Assembly: GCF_006345805.1 (NCBI RefSeq)
Contig: NC_043001.1
Span: 48,484,001-48,548,000 of the forward strand
Origin: Octopus sinensis
Lineage: Eukaryota
Direction: 5' to 3'
DNA length: 64,000 nt
Each line of letters starts with the position of its first letter. Position 1 is the stretch's first letter. Positions 24,588-36,867 of the stretch are shown in pieces. The notes under the pieces are model-generated. The model ran no database searches. It saw nothing but the letters and a program-made list of their open reading frames with translations, and was not told the origin of the DNA. The position numbers and the translations under genes were made by a program.

Positions 24588-24795
24588 TAGAGAAAAACCT
24601 CTATTAAACAATTCAATAAAGAAAGATGTTATTCACACCATATAGAAAACATATACTATAAAAAAAAAATTATTCTAAAAATCAATAAAGTACTTTATTG
24701 ATTTTTAGAATAAGTTTTATTTTATAGTATATGTTTTCTATATGGTGTGAATAACACCTTTCTTTATTGAATTGCTTAATAGAGGTTTTTCTCTA
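24588..24795. repeat. 208-bp spacerless palindrome
   Basis: Two 104-bp arms centred on GTAC at 24690-24693 with a few mismatches. Confidence 0.9.
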
Positions 24796-24802
24796 TACAT
24801 GT

Positions 24803-24899
<97 letters not shown>

Positions 24900-24942
24900 T
24901 ATATATATATTTATACATATATATATATATGTATATATTATG

Positions 24943-25020
<78 letters not shown>

Positions 25021-25048
25021 TATATACATATGCATATACATATATATA

Positions 25049-25104
<56 letters not shown>

Positions 25105-25551
25105 TGTGTGTGTGTGCGCGCGCGTATTTACGCTTGGGAAAAATGCGGAAGCATAAAGCAAAAACGTAACTTGTTTTACAGTCGAACTCTGGCACGTGAT
25201 TTTATGGACGTGGGCTTTTTTTTCTTGAAAATAACAACTTAACAACTTAACCTTTTCTAAACATAGACCCAATGACTTTGCTTTTTTGGCAGAAGTTAAT
25301 CCATTGTGAATTATGCCATTCGTACCAGGAAACCATTCTCTTTAATCACTCTATAATAAACTATAGAAGTCGGTGAAAAGCATATTCTGTAAAAAAGATA
25401 TCGGCATGGGGTCAATGGACAGCTTTCAAAAAATACTAATGATAGATATGACCCCTACCCGTTCAAACAAGCTCTCTCAAGCCCTAGCATTATAAGGATT
25501 TTAGGATGGGAGATTGGCAATAGAACGTCGAACATTTTGCGACTCCGAATT

Positions 25552-26081
25552 CAGAGGCGTAGCCAGGTTCTAAATTTGGGGGGAACGAGAACATTAAAAC
25601 GGCACAGTGTCATATGCCAAACAATTTTAACTTATTTCTGTTATATTACACGAAATATTTCATTAGTTATAATTTATATAATTGTATTCTACAATTATTA
25701 ATTTCATGTTTCAGTAACAATGCCATTATGTATAAAACTTACAATTACTGATATAGGCGTGACGTGAGAAAGATGAAACTCCAGGGAATCGTCTGGTGTC
25801 GAGAGGTTATGACATCAGGATTTGTTTTAGTTCTGCAGGTCCACCAACACATCACAGGAGATTGAGCAAAGAGTTAAAAATTACGGGAGATTGGTTAAAT
25901 AAATTAATGACTCCAGAAAGTTCTTCCAATACCATGCTATTAACAACAAAAAAGACATTCGACTTTTATCGCACAAGTGAACTAAAGTGCTAAAAAGAAA
26001 TTGTGAAAAGTCACCAATTTTGAAAAATGTACTCGGTGGGGAGCGGTCACCCACCTTGCTCCCCTATTAGCTTCGCCACTG
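25552..26081. mobile_element. hAT-type MITE inserted in a SINE-A remnant
   Basis: TIRs CAGAGGCGTAGCCA / reverse CAGTGGCGAAGCTA; 8-bp TSD TCCGAATT vs TCTGAATC. Confidence 0.75.
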
Positions 26082-26689
26082 TCTGAATCAAATCCCGCCA
26101 ACATCAATTTTGACTTTTATACATAATATACCAGTTTGTTGTTGTTAATTTAATCGCTTCAATACCTGTGGTTCTCAAACTGACAATTGTTAGCCCCGCC
26201 CCACAAAAATACCTGGGAGATTTCGCCCTATTGCTCTTCATTTGGAAGAAGACGACGGAGTTTGTATCCATGTAATTCTTTTCTTCGACATGGTGTTGGA
26301 CAAATTATTCAACTTTGAAACCATCTAGATTTTATTATAAATGGTAATTTTTCTGCTACTGTTCCAATTCTCACAGGCTACCCTTTGAGAAACATTGCTC
26401 TATCTTCTCCCAACATATGTGCACTAATGTCTAAATTCTCTTCATCTCTTAAGAAACACCAAAGATCGTCAGATACAACCAGCCATTGCTCACAAAAACA
26501 TAAACAAGACCAGGCACGCAGAAGACAAATACTTTTGGAATTATGTACTACATTTCTTAGAACATTCGCAATACACAGAGAAGAGACAGTTTGAAAAAAA
26601 AGAACAAAAATAATCACCAATATACAATATTCAGAACCCCACAAACCGTTAACAATCAATCAACAGTGGTATAAAAACAATATAGTAGT

Positions 26690-26990
26690 TCCAATATGGA
26701 TTATGCCAGACAAACCAAGAAACTATTCTCTCCACAATAAACAACAAAGAACACAAAACAGTGCGCTTCGCATCATCAAAAGCTTCACACAGACAATACC
26801 CACATACCACCTACAACATAAAACAAAATTACTTAAAATAAAAGACCGCTTGGACAGGCAGTTTAGTTCTGCAGAAAACTCCAGCCTTCCCAGACGTTGC
26901 CACATCATGTCTAATGAAAATCCAAGCAGCCAAACACAACGGTATTAAAACACTGTACCTGCCAGTTAGTCTAGACAAACATAAAGAAAC
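26690..26990 (+). mobile_element. I/Jockey-like LINE 3' fragment
   Basis: QRTQNSALRII..YHLQHKTKLLKIK resembles the LQxxQNxALR post-RT motif. Confidence 0.55.
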
Positions 26991-27005
26991 AAACACACAC
27001 ACATG

Positions 27006-27039
<34 letters not shown>

Positions 27040-27051
27040 TGTATGTATGTA

Positions 27052-27116
<65 letters not shown>

Positions 27117-27399
27117 ATGTATGTATGTATGTATTATGTATGATATATGTATGTAAGTATGTATATATGTATGTGTATGTATGTATGTATGTATGTATGT
27201 ATGTATGTATGTATGTATGTATGTATACTTAAAAATAGTAGCAGTATCAATAACTTCAGTAGCTCTGCCAAATGTTGTCTGGCGAAAGTTTAAGGTTTAC
27301 CCATTCTCTCACCAAAAAATACCGTCCAATCAGCTTCTGCAATGTTTCCTTGTACCTAGTTTCACTAACAAAGTTTAACGAGGATGCTTGTATGTAGTC

Positions 27400-27580
27400 G
27401 CTCGATCAGCTAGAAATAGAAGCGGAATCTCCCTTGTATAACACCCTTCCGAATTCAGAAAAGGGAAGGACACATTACATAATGTAAGTTTTATGCACGA
27501 AAGAAAAGACGGGATGGTTGTGGCTGCAGTAACTTGACAATAGGTCTGCTCGATCAGGACAGACCTAGGGTTAATCCACA
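27400..27580 (+). mobile_element. Old interspersed repeat (GCTAGAAATAG..GGGATGGT..GATCAGG..GACCT family)
   Basis: Related pieces at about 28500-28610, 28950-29065, 30430-30540, 30770-30840, 31900-32050 and 61150-61315. Confidence 0.6.
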
Positions 27581-27749
27581 ACTGTTTGCGATTGCTTGTT
27601 CCAAATGATAACAGCGGCGAAACAGCTGGTGCACTCCGGCAGTGTCAGCCTTGTCCACCTCTCCAGAACAATACAGATATAACTATCTAACGGGCATAAT
27701 CACTGGCTCTACTAGAAGAGGCAACCAGGGTTCTAACAAATCACATCTT

Positions 27750-28466
27750 GGATCTTTTCCTTTTGAACGGCAGTTTTCAATGCAATTTCTAGTTAACTAA
27801 ACACTTTTAAACTTCGTATACTGGTAGAATGTGTCAAAATAAAACATGTTTTTCTCTTGGCTTTCTTGAGAAAATTGTAATTTGTAAGTTTAGCGTAGTT
27901 TAATTTTTCGAATTTTAACCAATCCTATGCCCTCTTTTCAGCTAAAATCATTTGCTGCGTCTAAAACAGACAACATCCTGTCACTAACCCTAACCCTCAC
28001 CCTAACCCTAAATTTTAGCCTTTCGTTTTTTTTCTTAATTGTTAAATTAATTTAAGGATAACAATTAAGAAAAACAACGAAAGGCTAAAACGAAAGCAAA
28101 AACTCAAACAAAAACAAAACGAATAATTTTAGACACACGCGTAGCAATTAAATTAATTTAACAATTAAGAAAAAAAAAGAAAGGCTAAAATTTAGGGTTA
28201 GGGTTAGGTTTAGGGTACGGGTTAGGGTTAGTGACAGGATGTTGTCCAAGTTTTAGACGCAGCAAATGATTTTGGCTCAAAAGAGGGCATAGGATTGGTT
28301 AAAATTCGAAAAATTAAACTACGTTAAACTTACAAATTACAATTTTCTCAAGAAAGCCAAGAGAAAAAATGTTTTATTTTCACACATTCTACCAGTATAC
28401 GAAGTTTAAAATTGTTTAGTTAACTAGAAATTGTGTTGAAAACTGCCGTTCAAAAGGAAAAGATCC
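27750..28466. mobile_element. Foldback/MITE with ~300-bp inverted arms and internal (TAACCC)n/(GGGTTA)n
   Basis: Ends GGATCTTTTCCTTTTGAACGGCAG..CTGCCGTTCAAAAGGAAAAGATCC; 7-bp TSD ACATCTT at 27743 and 28467. Confidence 0.93.
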
Positions 28467-28633
28467 ACATCTTACTATCTTGTGAAGAGACAGAGTGTGT
28501 TTGGTAATATAAGTCCTTGACATACTTCTAAAAGAAAACGGGATGGTCAAAACTGGAATGCCTTCCATCAATCAGATTGACTGGCATTGACCTAGAGCTA
28601 AATACCATCATCATTATTAACAACGATAGGATT

Positions 28634-28805
28634 GCGAGCTGGCAGAATCGTTAACGCACTCGACGAAATGCTCAGCGGTATTTCACCCGTCGCTACGTTC
28701 TGAGTTCAAATTCCGCCGAGGTTGACTTTGTCTTTCATCCTTTCGGGATCGATAAATTAAATACCTGAAATTTCAGGCCTTGTATTCCTGTAGTAGAAAG
28801 GATTA
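28634..28805 (+). mobile_element. SINE family A
   Basis: Match to family. Confidence 0.8.
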
Positions 28806-29102
28806 TTAACAACAACGATAACAACAATGCCAGCAGTAACAACAAAGTTGTTATTTAACCCCATTTCCCGGTTGTTGGCCGATTATCAAAATGCAGGTTT
28901 CACAAAGTGAAAATGGGCCGCTAAATTCAAACATTATCCTCTCCTTTAATTACACCCTTACGATTTGAAAAAGAACATATTTGATATGTGTTAGTGTTAT
29001 TGAAACTAACACTATGCTTCAATTAAATATCGAGATGGTCACTGAGCATAGGTCTGTTGGATTGGAAGTGAAGGCAGGTGGTTTAGTGGTTAAGGTATTC
29101 GG

Positions 29103-29518
29103 GGATCTTTTCGGTTTGAATGGCAGTTTTACTAGCAGTATCATATGAAATTGTCACCCATAATTATGACCCTAGTATCGATCTATTGCATTTCAATCTG
29201 TTTTAGGGTTAGGGTTAGGGGTGGAGGGAAGGGTACCTTTTTTTTCTTCAGAAATGTAAATAAACCCAATCTGTTTCTTAAACGAGGGAGATATTCATAC
29301 GGCACAGAATGTTTTCAGCTCAATAGACGCCATTGATTGGTTGAAATTGCAGAAATTGAAGAAAAACAACAACAAATATCTTGCAAACGATAGAATTGTC
29401 TCAATAAAGCCAAGAGAAAAAGATGTTTTATAAACACATTCTACCAGTATACGAAGTTTAAAAGTGTTTAGTTACATGGAAATTATTTTAAAAACTGCCG
29501 TTCAAACCGAAAAGATCC
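29103..29518. mobile_element. Asymmetric relative of the GGATC foldback family
   Basis: TIR GGATCTTTTCGGTTTGAATGGCAGTTTT / AAAACTGCCGTTCAAACCGAAAAGATCC; right arm similar to 28340-28466; TTAGGG repeats. Confidence 0.9.
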
Positions 29519-29842
29519 GTGAAGGCAGCTGGTTTAGTGGTTAAGGTATTCGGTTCATGATCGTAAGGTGATGAGTATGATCTTTGGTAGCACGTTGTGT
29601 TTGAGCAAGACACTTTATTTCACATTGCTCCCGTTTGCTCAGCTTGCAAAAAATGTAGTTGTACCTGTAATTCAAAGAACCAGCCACGTCACATTGTGCG
29701 TCACGCTGAATCTCCATGAGGACTACGTTAAGGGTACGCGTGTCTATGGAATGCTCAGCTACTTGTACGTTAATTTCACGAGCAGGCTATTCCGTTGACC
29801 GGAGCAACTGGAACCTGCGTCGTCGTAACCGACGGAGTGCCA
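29519..29842 (+). mobile_element. SINE family C variant
   Basis: A-box TGGTTTAGTGG, TGTGTTTGAGCAAGACACTTTATTTCACATTGCTC domain. Confidence 0.8.
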
Positions 29843-30874
29843 GTTGGATTGAAAACAACACTATTTTTTTTCCTTTTTTCCCCCTTTTCACAGGCGTAAA
29901 ACTCTTTTCACTTTCGTTTTGTCAATTTTTTTTTCAGAGACAGATGAACGATAAAGTGTATACAGACACAATTTTTTTAAAATCATGAGGTAAATTGCTG
30001 TAACTAAACATTATTAGTCAGTAAATTGTATCTAACCCCATAAAAGTGTCTCTGACAGCCGTGCCGTCGTCACTTTGTAGTTGGTAAAGTAGTATTTAGC
30101 TACAGATAGTTGTATTGCTTTACGAACAGGAACTTTCACACCGAATGTATCTTACTTTTGCTTGTGTCGACGTTTGGTAAGTTCGAGTTTATTTTGAGAT
30201 TTCGCAACTAGTAACAAATGCTTTCTCTTTCTTTTATCTTCAACCAGACATAAAGCCGCTTCAAAGAAAAACTGTCGATTGAAATTACGAATCTTGCTTC
30301 GTCGTTCTCATCGTCGTCAACTCATTTCTTCACCAAAACATAACGGCCAATGAGCATCCGCAAAGTTTCCATATATTCATGTTCTCTCTGAAAGCCTAAT
30401 TAGGAAGCCTCTACGTAGTCGCCCAACCAGCTAGAAATAGAAACCAAATCTCTATATAACATTCCTACGAATTCAAAAAGGGAACTACATATATGTAGTT
30501 TTACGATCGAAAGAGGAGACGAGATGGTTGTGACTCGGAATGATTAGGTAAATAGCTCATCTTGATGAAGTGTTTGAGGTTGCATGCTACTATTGATAAG
30601 TGCAGAGGAACCACAGAGTTCACCTTGTACACCGCTGCTGTAGACGTCACAATAATACAGGCATTATTTAATGGACCTAATCGCTGCTTCTGCTTGAACA
30701 GGAAACTAGATCTCCGGTTCTCACTTGACTGTCAAGTCGTGTATGATAATGTAATCCTTCACACACTTCTAAAAGTAAACAGGATGGTCAAAACTGGAAT
30801 GCTTTCCCCGGTCAGCTTAATCGGGGTTGATCCAGTGCTAAACATCATCATCATTATTATTACATCATCATTAA

Positions 30875-30972
30875 GTCGGTGAACTGGTAGAATCGTTACC
30901 GCGCCGGGCAAAATGCTTAACGGCATTTCATCATTACGTTCTGAGTTCAAATTCTGCCGAGGTTGACTTTGC
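30875..30972 (+). mobile_element. SINE family A truncated at a foldback element
   Basis: Head to GACTTTGC only. Confidence 0.75.
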
Positions 30973-31424
30973 AAAATGCACGCTTGTTTGTTTATATCGC
31001 CAGCAGGGAGATAAATCCTCACCAACTCCAGCTTCGAGATCACCAGATCATGTGATTTCGATCTTCCTTGACCTCATCGGTGATAAACGCTCGACCGCTA
31101 CAGATAGAAGCGACTCATCTCTCCGCTAACGGTATATAGAAAATCAGTGCCAGATCAGGTACTGGTGTCGCGATTAGCCAGTTAGCTTGTTCAAAATATA
31201 TATACTAGCTTACTGGCTAAACGCGACACCAGTGCCTGATCTGGCACTGATATTCTATATATCGCTAGCAGAGAGATGAATCGCTGCTATTTCTAGCGGT
31301 CGAGCGTCCATCACCGATGAGATCAAGGAAAATCGAAACCTCGTGATCTGGTGGTCTCGACGCTGGAATTGATGGGGATTTTTCTCCCCGCTGGCGATAT
31401 AAACAAACATGCATGCACTCTGCA
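30970..31424. repeat. 455-bp foldback (two 218-bp arms, 19-bp spacer)
   Basis: Ungapped arm alignment by eye, about 29 mismatches. Confidence 0.93.
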
Positions 31425-31549
31425 CCAAAAGCCTACGTGAGAATTCCTCTCTTGGTATCTACCACAGTATAGTTTGTTCTAACTGAACATCCACGTTTAA
31501 CTGGGAATAAATATTATCTCTCGGTCGTTAATATATGCATTATTTAGTC

Positions 31550-31750
31550 GATGAGCTGGCAGAATTATTAGCACACCAAGAAAAATGTTTAGCGGAATTT
31601 CGTCCGTTTCTACATTCTTAGCTGAAATTCCCCCTTGGCCGACTTTGCCTAAGTCGAGAAATGAGGTACTAGTCAATCACTGAGGTTAATATTGTCGACT
31701 GGCCCCTTGCTCCAAAGTGTCAGGGCTTGTGCCTATAGTAGAAAGGATTA
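31550..31750 (+). mobile_element. SINE family A (diverged)
   Basis: Match to family. Confidence 0.75.
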
Positions 31751-32272
31751 TACATCATAATCGTCATCATTATTACATCATCATCAACAACAAAAACATG
31801 AACTGCTGTTTACCCATGCATCCCCACTTGTTGACCGGTGATCCAAAAGCAAGTTTGACCAAGTGAAAGTGGACCGCTAAATTCTAATATCGCCTTTTCC
31901 TTAACTGACACCCTAACGGTTTTTAGAAGGACATATTTGATATTTGTTAGGGTCACTAAAGTTAACACCAAGCTCGAAAAAGAGAAAATAGAACCGTCGA
32001 GATGAGCATGGCTGAAATGCATCTAATGATCAGTCTGTGGATTGGAACTAACATGGAGTTAAACTACAATAATACTTTGTTTTCATTTTCACAGAGACAA
32101 AGCTCCTTTCTCATTTTCTTTTCTTTTTCTTCTTTTTTTTTTCTAATCAGAAATGAGAGACAAAATGAACACCAACGTAATTCTTGTAATCAGGACATTA
32201 ATTGATGTAAGTAGATACTGACAATTAGTAAATTTAAAACTCACTACCTCACAGCATGTCTTAGAACTTTAT

Positions 32273-32480
32273 AGGGCAGCGAGCTGGCAGAACCGTTAGG
32301 ATGTCGTACAAGATGCTTAGCGGAATTTCGTCCGTCTTCGCGTTCCGAATTTAAATTCCGCTGAAGTCACTTTGCTTTTCATCTTTCCGGAGTCGATGAA
32401 CTAAATACCAGTTGATTACCATTTAATCGACTTACCCCACCTCCGAACTTGCTGGCTTTATGCCAAAATTTGAAGCCAAT
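32273..32480 (+). mobile_element. SINE family A (diverged)
   Basis: Match to family. Confidence 0.75.
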
Positions 32481-33104
32481 ATCTCTTACAACCTTGCCAT
32501 CAATTCAAAGTTGGCAGAGCGGTGTTTATCTATACGAAGATGAGTATTTTTCCCAAAATAAAATGTTACACAAAGTTGTAACTTCATTCTATTTGTGTTA
32601 ATTTTTAATAGTTTCGAATCTCGCAAAGTGTAACAATTGCTTTCATTTATCCCAATCAAAGCTGCTTTAAAACATAATACTATGCAAAGTCAATTGAAAT
32701 TAAAAGTCATCGTCCCGCCGTCGTCTCTTTACGATAACATCGTAATCAAATTTTATGGGCAAAAGTTGGTAACAAATTCTTTCTACACCACCTATTTCTC
32801 ACGGTGACCGGTAATAAAGTCACAGGAAAAAAAGTCACAATTAATTTATGGGATCCGGAAAAAACTCCCCTGGGACAAAACCCCCTCGGACAGCCCTCTC
32901 CCCGAACATAACGCCTGTGACATTTTTTTACCTGGATCCTTTCTCACAGACTAACAGACCACGCAAAATGTCTTCCTTGTATGTACTGTTCTCATGAGCC
33001 CGAACACTTGGGACTTCTGCTATGTCCGGCAATTCAGGCTTTCCATTAGCTAAAATTACCTAACTTCAAATTCTTATAGGATTTTATTATTAATTTCTAG
33101 AGAA

Positions 33105-33315
33105 AGGCAGAGATAGCAGAATCGTTAGCACGCCGGAGAAAAATACATGGCAGCAATTCGTCCTTATGTTCTGAGCTCAGCTTCCATCGTGGTAGACTTT
33201 GTCTTTCATGTTTTCAGAGTCGATAAAATAAGTACCAGTCAAGTACTGGGGTCGTTGTAATCGACTTATCTCCTCCCCCAAAATTTCAGGCTTTGTGCCT
33301 ATAATAGAAAATATT
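33105..33315 (+). mobile_element. SINE family A (diverged)
   Basis: Match to family. Confidence 0.75.
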
Positions 33316-33465
33316 ATTAAATCCTAGAATAATATGCATGTGATTTTCATCACCAGCATACGAAACTACATCAGTGTGAAATTTGGGTATGGTCGTGTGT
33401 ATATGTACGTGTGTGTGCGTGTGTGTGTATGCGTGTGTGTGTATGCGTGTGTGTAATACAGATAT

Positions 33466-33551
<86 letters not shown>

Positions 33552-33719
33552 GAGAGAGAAAAATGGATTTTGACACTCACATTTTGTACCTGTGTGGGCT
33601 AAGCTCTCATCATGTTAAGTATATGAATATATAGTTCTATATTTAAAAGATGAGGAATTATGTACATTATTTACATTATTTACATTCGACGGATATTTGT
33701 CCTCATCTTGTTTGTTTTT

Positions 33720-33742
33720 AACACGACGTTTCGGCTGATATA
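33720..33742 (-). ncRNA. 3' half of the same hammerhead
   Basis: Minus strand GTATATCAGCCGAAACGTC^GTGTT with a canonical GUC site and a perfect stem I partner for GACAC. Confidence 0.7.
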
Positions 33743-33868
33743 CCGCGCTCGTAACCACTACGCCATATGCCCACGGGCATATGGCGTAGTGGTTAAGAGC
33801 GCGGGCTACTAAACCCAAGATTCCGAGTTTGATTCCAAGCAGTGACCTGAACAATAATAATAATAATG

Positions 33869-33902
<34 letters not shown>

Positions 33903-33972
33903 CAACAACAACAACAACAACAACCTCAAAAAATACCTTCAGAAAGAGAACCCAGGTTCGAAATTTCCTCAA

Positions 33973-34018
33973 GACACCTGAAGAAGGCTGGAGGGTATAT
34001 CAGCCGAAACGTTATGTT
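33973..34018 (+). ncRNA. Minimal type I hammerhead ribozyme
   Basis: GACAC-CTGAAGA-A-GGCTG(GAGGGTATAT)CAGCC-GAAA-CGT-T-ATGTT; core intact, stem III palindrome ACGT. Confidence 0.8.
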
Positions 34019-34499
34019 AACAACAAACAAGATAAGGACAAATATCCGTTGAATGTAAATAATGTAAATAGTGTAAATAATGTATACAAATATATATTAA
34101 TGGCTTAGAAAATAGGATTATTGATGGAAATAAAACGCATGACACAGCCAGACATAGAGATAAATCAGACATACAGATAACACCAGTCAGGGACAAAACC
34201 AAACGCCTGACTGATGTCGTATCACTCTAACACCCAACATTTACATTCCGAGTAAAATTTAACATTTCCACTGGATCTATTACCTATGAAGTAGAAATAA
34301 AACTTATCAACAGTACTCCACCCTGAAGATGAGACTGCGAAGGCGTGGAAACGTATTTCAAGTATTTACGAGCCTGAGTTTTCCCCCAATAAGCTGCAAG
34401 GAACTCATATAATTATCTGCCAAAAACCTAGGCTAAATCATATAAAATGGGATCACAATTGTGTATTCAATATAATATTATATGTATATATCTGTGTGT

Positions 34500-34608
34500 G
34501 CGCACATGTATGTGCGTGCATGTGTGTGCGTGTGTGTGTGCATGTGTGTATATAAACTTATACACATGATATTACATGATTGTTTATATATACTTAATTA
34601 TATGTATA

Positions 34609-34653
<45 letters not shown>

Positions 34654-34852
34654 CTGTTGGTATTTGTATGTTTATATATGTGTACATATATTATATATAT
34701 ATATGCATGTATATGTGTAATATATAATATATATATATTATATACACACAAATATATATATATATATATATGCATACATACACACACAGATAGACACACA
34801 GATACATACATACATACATACATACATTCATTCATATATACATACATACATA

Positions 34853-34887
<35 letters not shown>

Positions 34888-34931
34888 TACATATATATAT
34901 ATATATAATATATATATAGATATATATATAT

Positions 34932-34973
<42 letters not shown>

Positions 34974-35002
34974 ATATATATATATTATATATATATATAT
35001 AT

Positions 35003-35085
<83 letters not shown>
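34500..35085. repeat. Long compound (TA)n/(CA)n microsatellite region
   Basis: Direct sequence. Confidence 0.9.
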
Positions 35086-35087
<2 letters not shown>

Positions 35088-35727
35088 CTTTGCTTTAATG
35101 CCTAAGGAAAGAATCGGAAATTCATCTTGTATTCCTTAAACTGCTAACAACAATGTTTACTTTAGTGACAAATGAAAATCTATATCGAAAATGAAAGATT
35201 TATCAAATAAAAAGATCAAGATGTAATTTTCTCTCGTTCTATTTGTTTATTTATTTATTTATTTATTTATTTGTTTATTTGTTTATTCATGTTTCTCTCT
35301 GCTTGTTTACTTATCCATTTATTTGTCTCATTGCTCGTTTATTTCTTTTGGCAATCTTCACAATCTAAGCATCCTTCCTTTACCTTTTTACATATTTCTT
35401 TTTCTAGAGTTAAGGAAATAGGAAATGAAATGGTGAAATATTTTACAATCTATCATTGTCAAAAAAATAATAGTTTTTATACATACGTGCATACACATAT
35501 ACATACATACACACATACACATATAACTACATACATATATAGATATATATATATGCATACACACATATACATGTGCATGTGTACATATATATATATGTAT
35601 ATATATATATATGTATGTATGTATATATAATATATATATATATGTATATATATATATACACACATATATATATTACATATATATTTAGAGAGATGTAAAC
35701 TTATTTATACGTACACATTTCATAGAT

Positions 35728-35788
<61 letters not shown>

Positions 35789-36105
35789 TATGTGTTCATT
35801 TTATTTAGAGAGAAGAAATATAAGTTAAAAGTTGAAACTGAAAAGTATTTAAAAAAAAAAAATTTTAAATGTTAAAATATGAAAACAAAATATTAAAATA
35901 AGATAGAATAACACGTCGAAAATCTAATGTACTTAAATACTTTCATTCACGATATTTTCTTTCCTTTAGAAGTTAAAAAAAAGTGGCGTGAGAGATTGTT
36001 AACAGCTAAGTGTATGTCTCAACTATTACGATTATTCTCACATAGACATCTGTCAATACTTGTGTGTTTTTTTCCTTCCATTTCTGTCATTTGCTGTCAT
36101 CCTTA

Positions 36106-36175
<70 letters not shown>

Positions 36176-36319
36176 ACTCTTTATCTCTTCTGACACCTCC
36201 TTCATTTATCATTACAACCGTAGTGCAAGTGGCAAGAATGAAACTTGGTATATTTACACAAGTGTGCTTCTTCCTGAACTTTGTTTCCTCATAACTTTTA
36301 TAAAAACTGATATATTCTT

Positions 36320-36537
36320 TTACTCTTTTACTTGTTTCAGTCATTTGACTGAGACCATGCTGGTGAACCGCCATTAGTCGAACAAATCAACCCCAGGACT
36401 TATTCTTTGTAAGCATAATACTTATTCTATCGGTCTCTTTTGCCGAACCGCTAAGTTACGGGGACGTAAACACACCAACATCTGTTATCAAGCGATAGTG
36501 GGGAGACAAACACAGATTCACAAATACATACATACAT

Positions 36538-36595
<58 letters not shown>

Positions 36596-36755
36596 ATACG
36601 CCGGGCTTCTTTCAGTTTCCGTCTACCGAATCACTCACAAGCTTTGGTCGGTCCGAGGCTATGGTAGGAAATACTTGCCCAAGGTGTCATGCAATGGGAC
36701 TGAACCTGAAACTATGTGATTGGGAAGCAAAGTTCTTACCATACACCCACATTTT
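36320..36755 (-). mobile_element. SINE family B
   Basis: Reverse match to 18004-18415. Confidence 0.85.
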
Positions 36756-36867
36756 AGTTAAATCTTCTACAGATACCTTTTAGACAGTAAATATTACGAT
36801 TATTTGGGAATGTAATATGAAACATAAGTTGATGGGTGCACACTCATTCATAGTGACACGCATCACA

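Larger units (their letters stand above)
33632..34086 (+). mobile_element. tRNA-headed, hammerhead-containing non-autonomous retroelement with inverted partner copy
   Basis: Forward unit 33775-34086: A-box TGGCGTAGTGG, B-box GAGTTTGATTCC, (AAT)n(AAC)n, HHR, AATGTAAAT-repeat tail; inverted internally deleted copy 33632-33772. Confidence 0.85.

Noticed and set aside
27985-28230. Interstitial telomere or chromosome fusion site
   Set aside because: The hexamers are few and are internal to a TSD-flanked foldback element
34323-34360. CTGAAGA..GAAACGTA hammerhead-like motif
   Set aside because: Neither stem I nor stem II pairs convincingly
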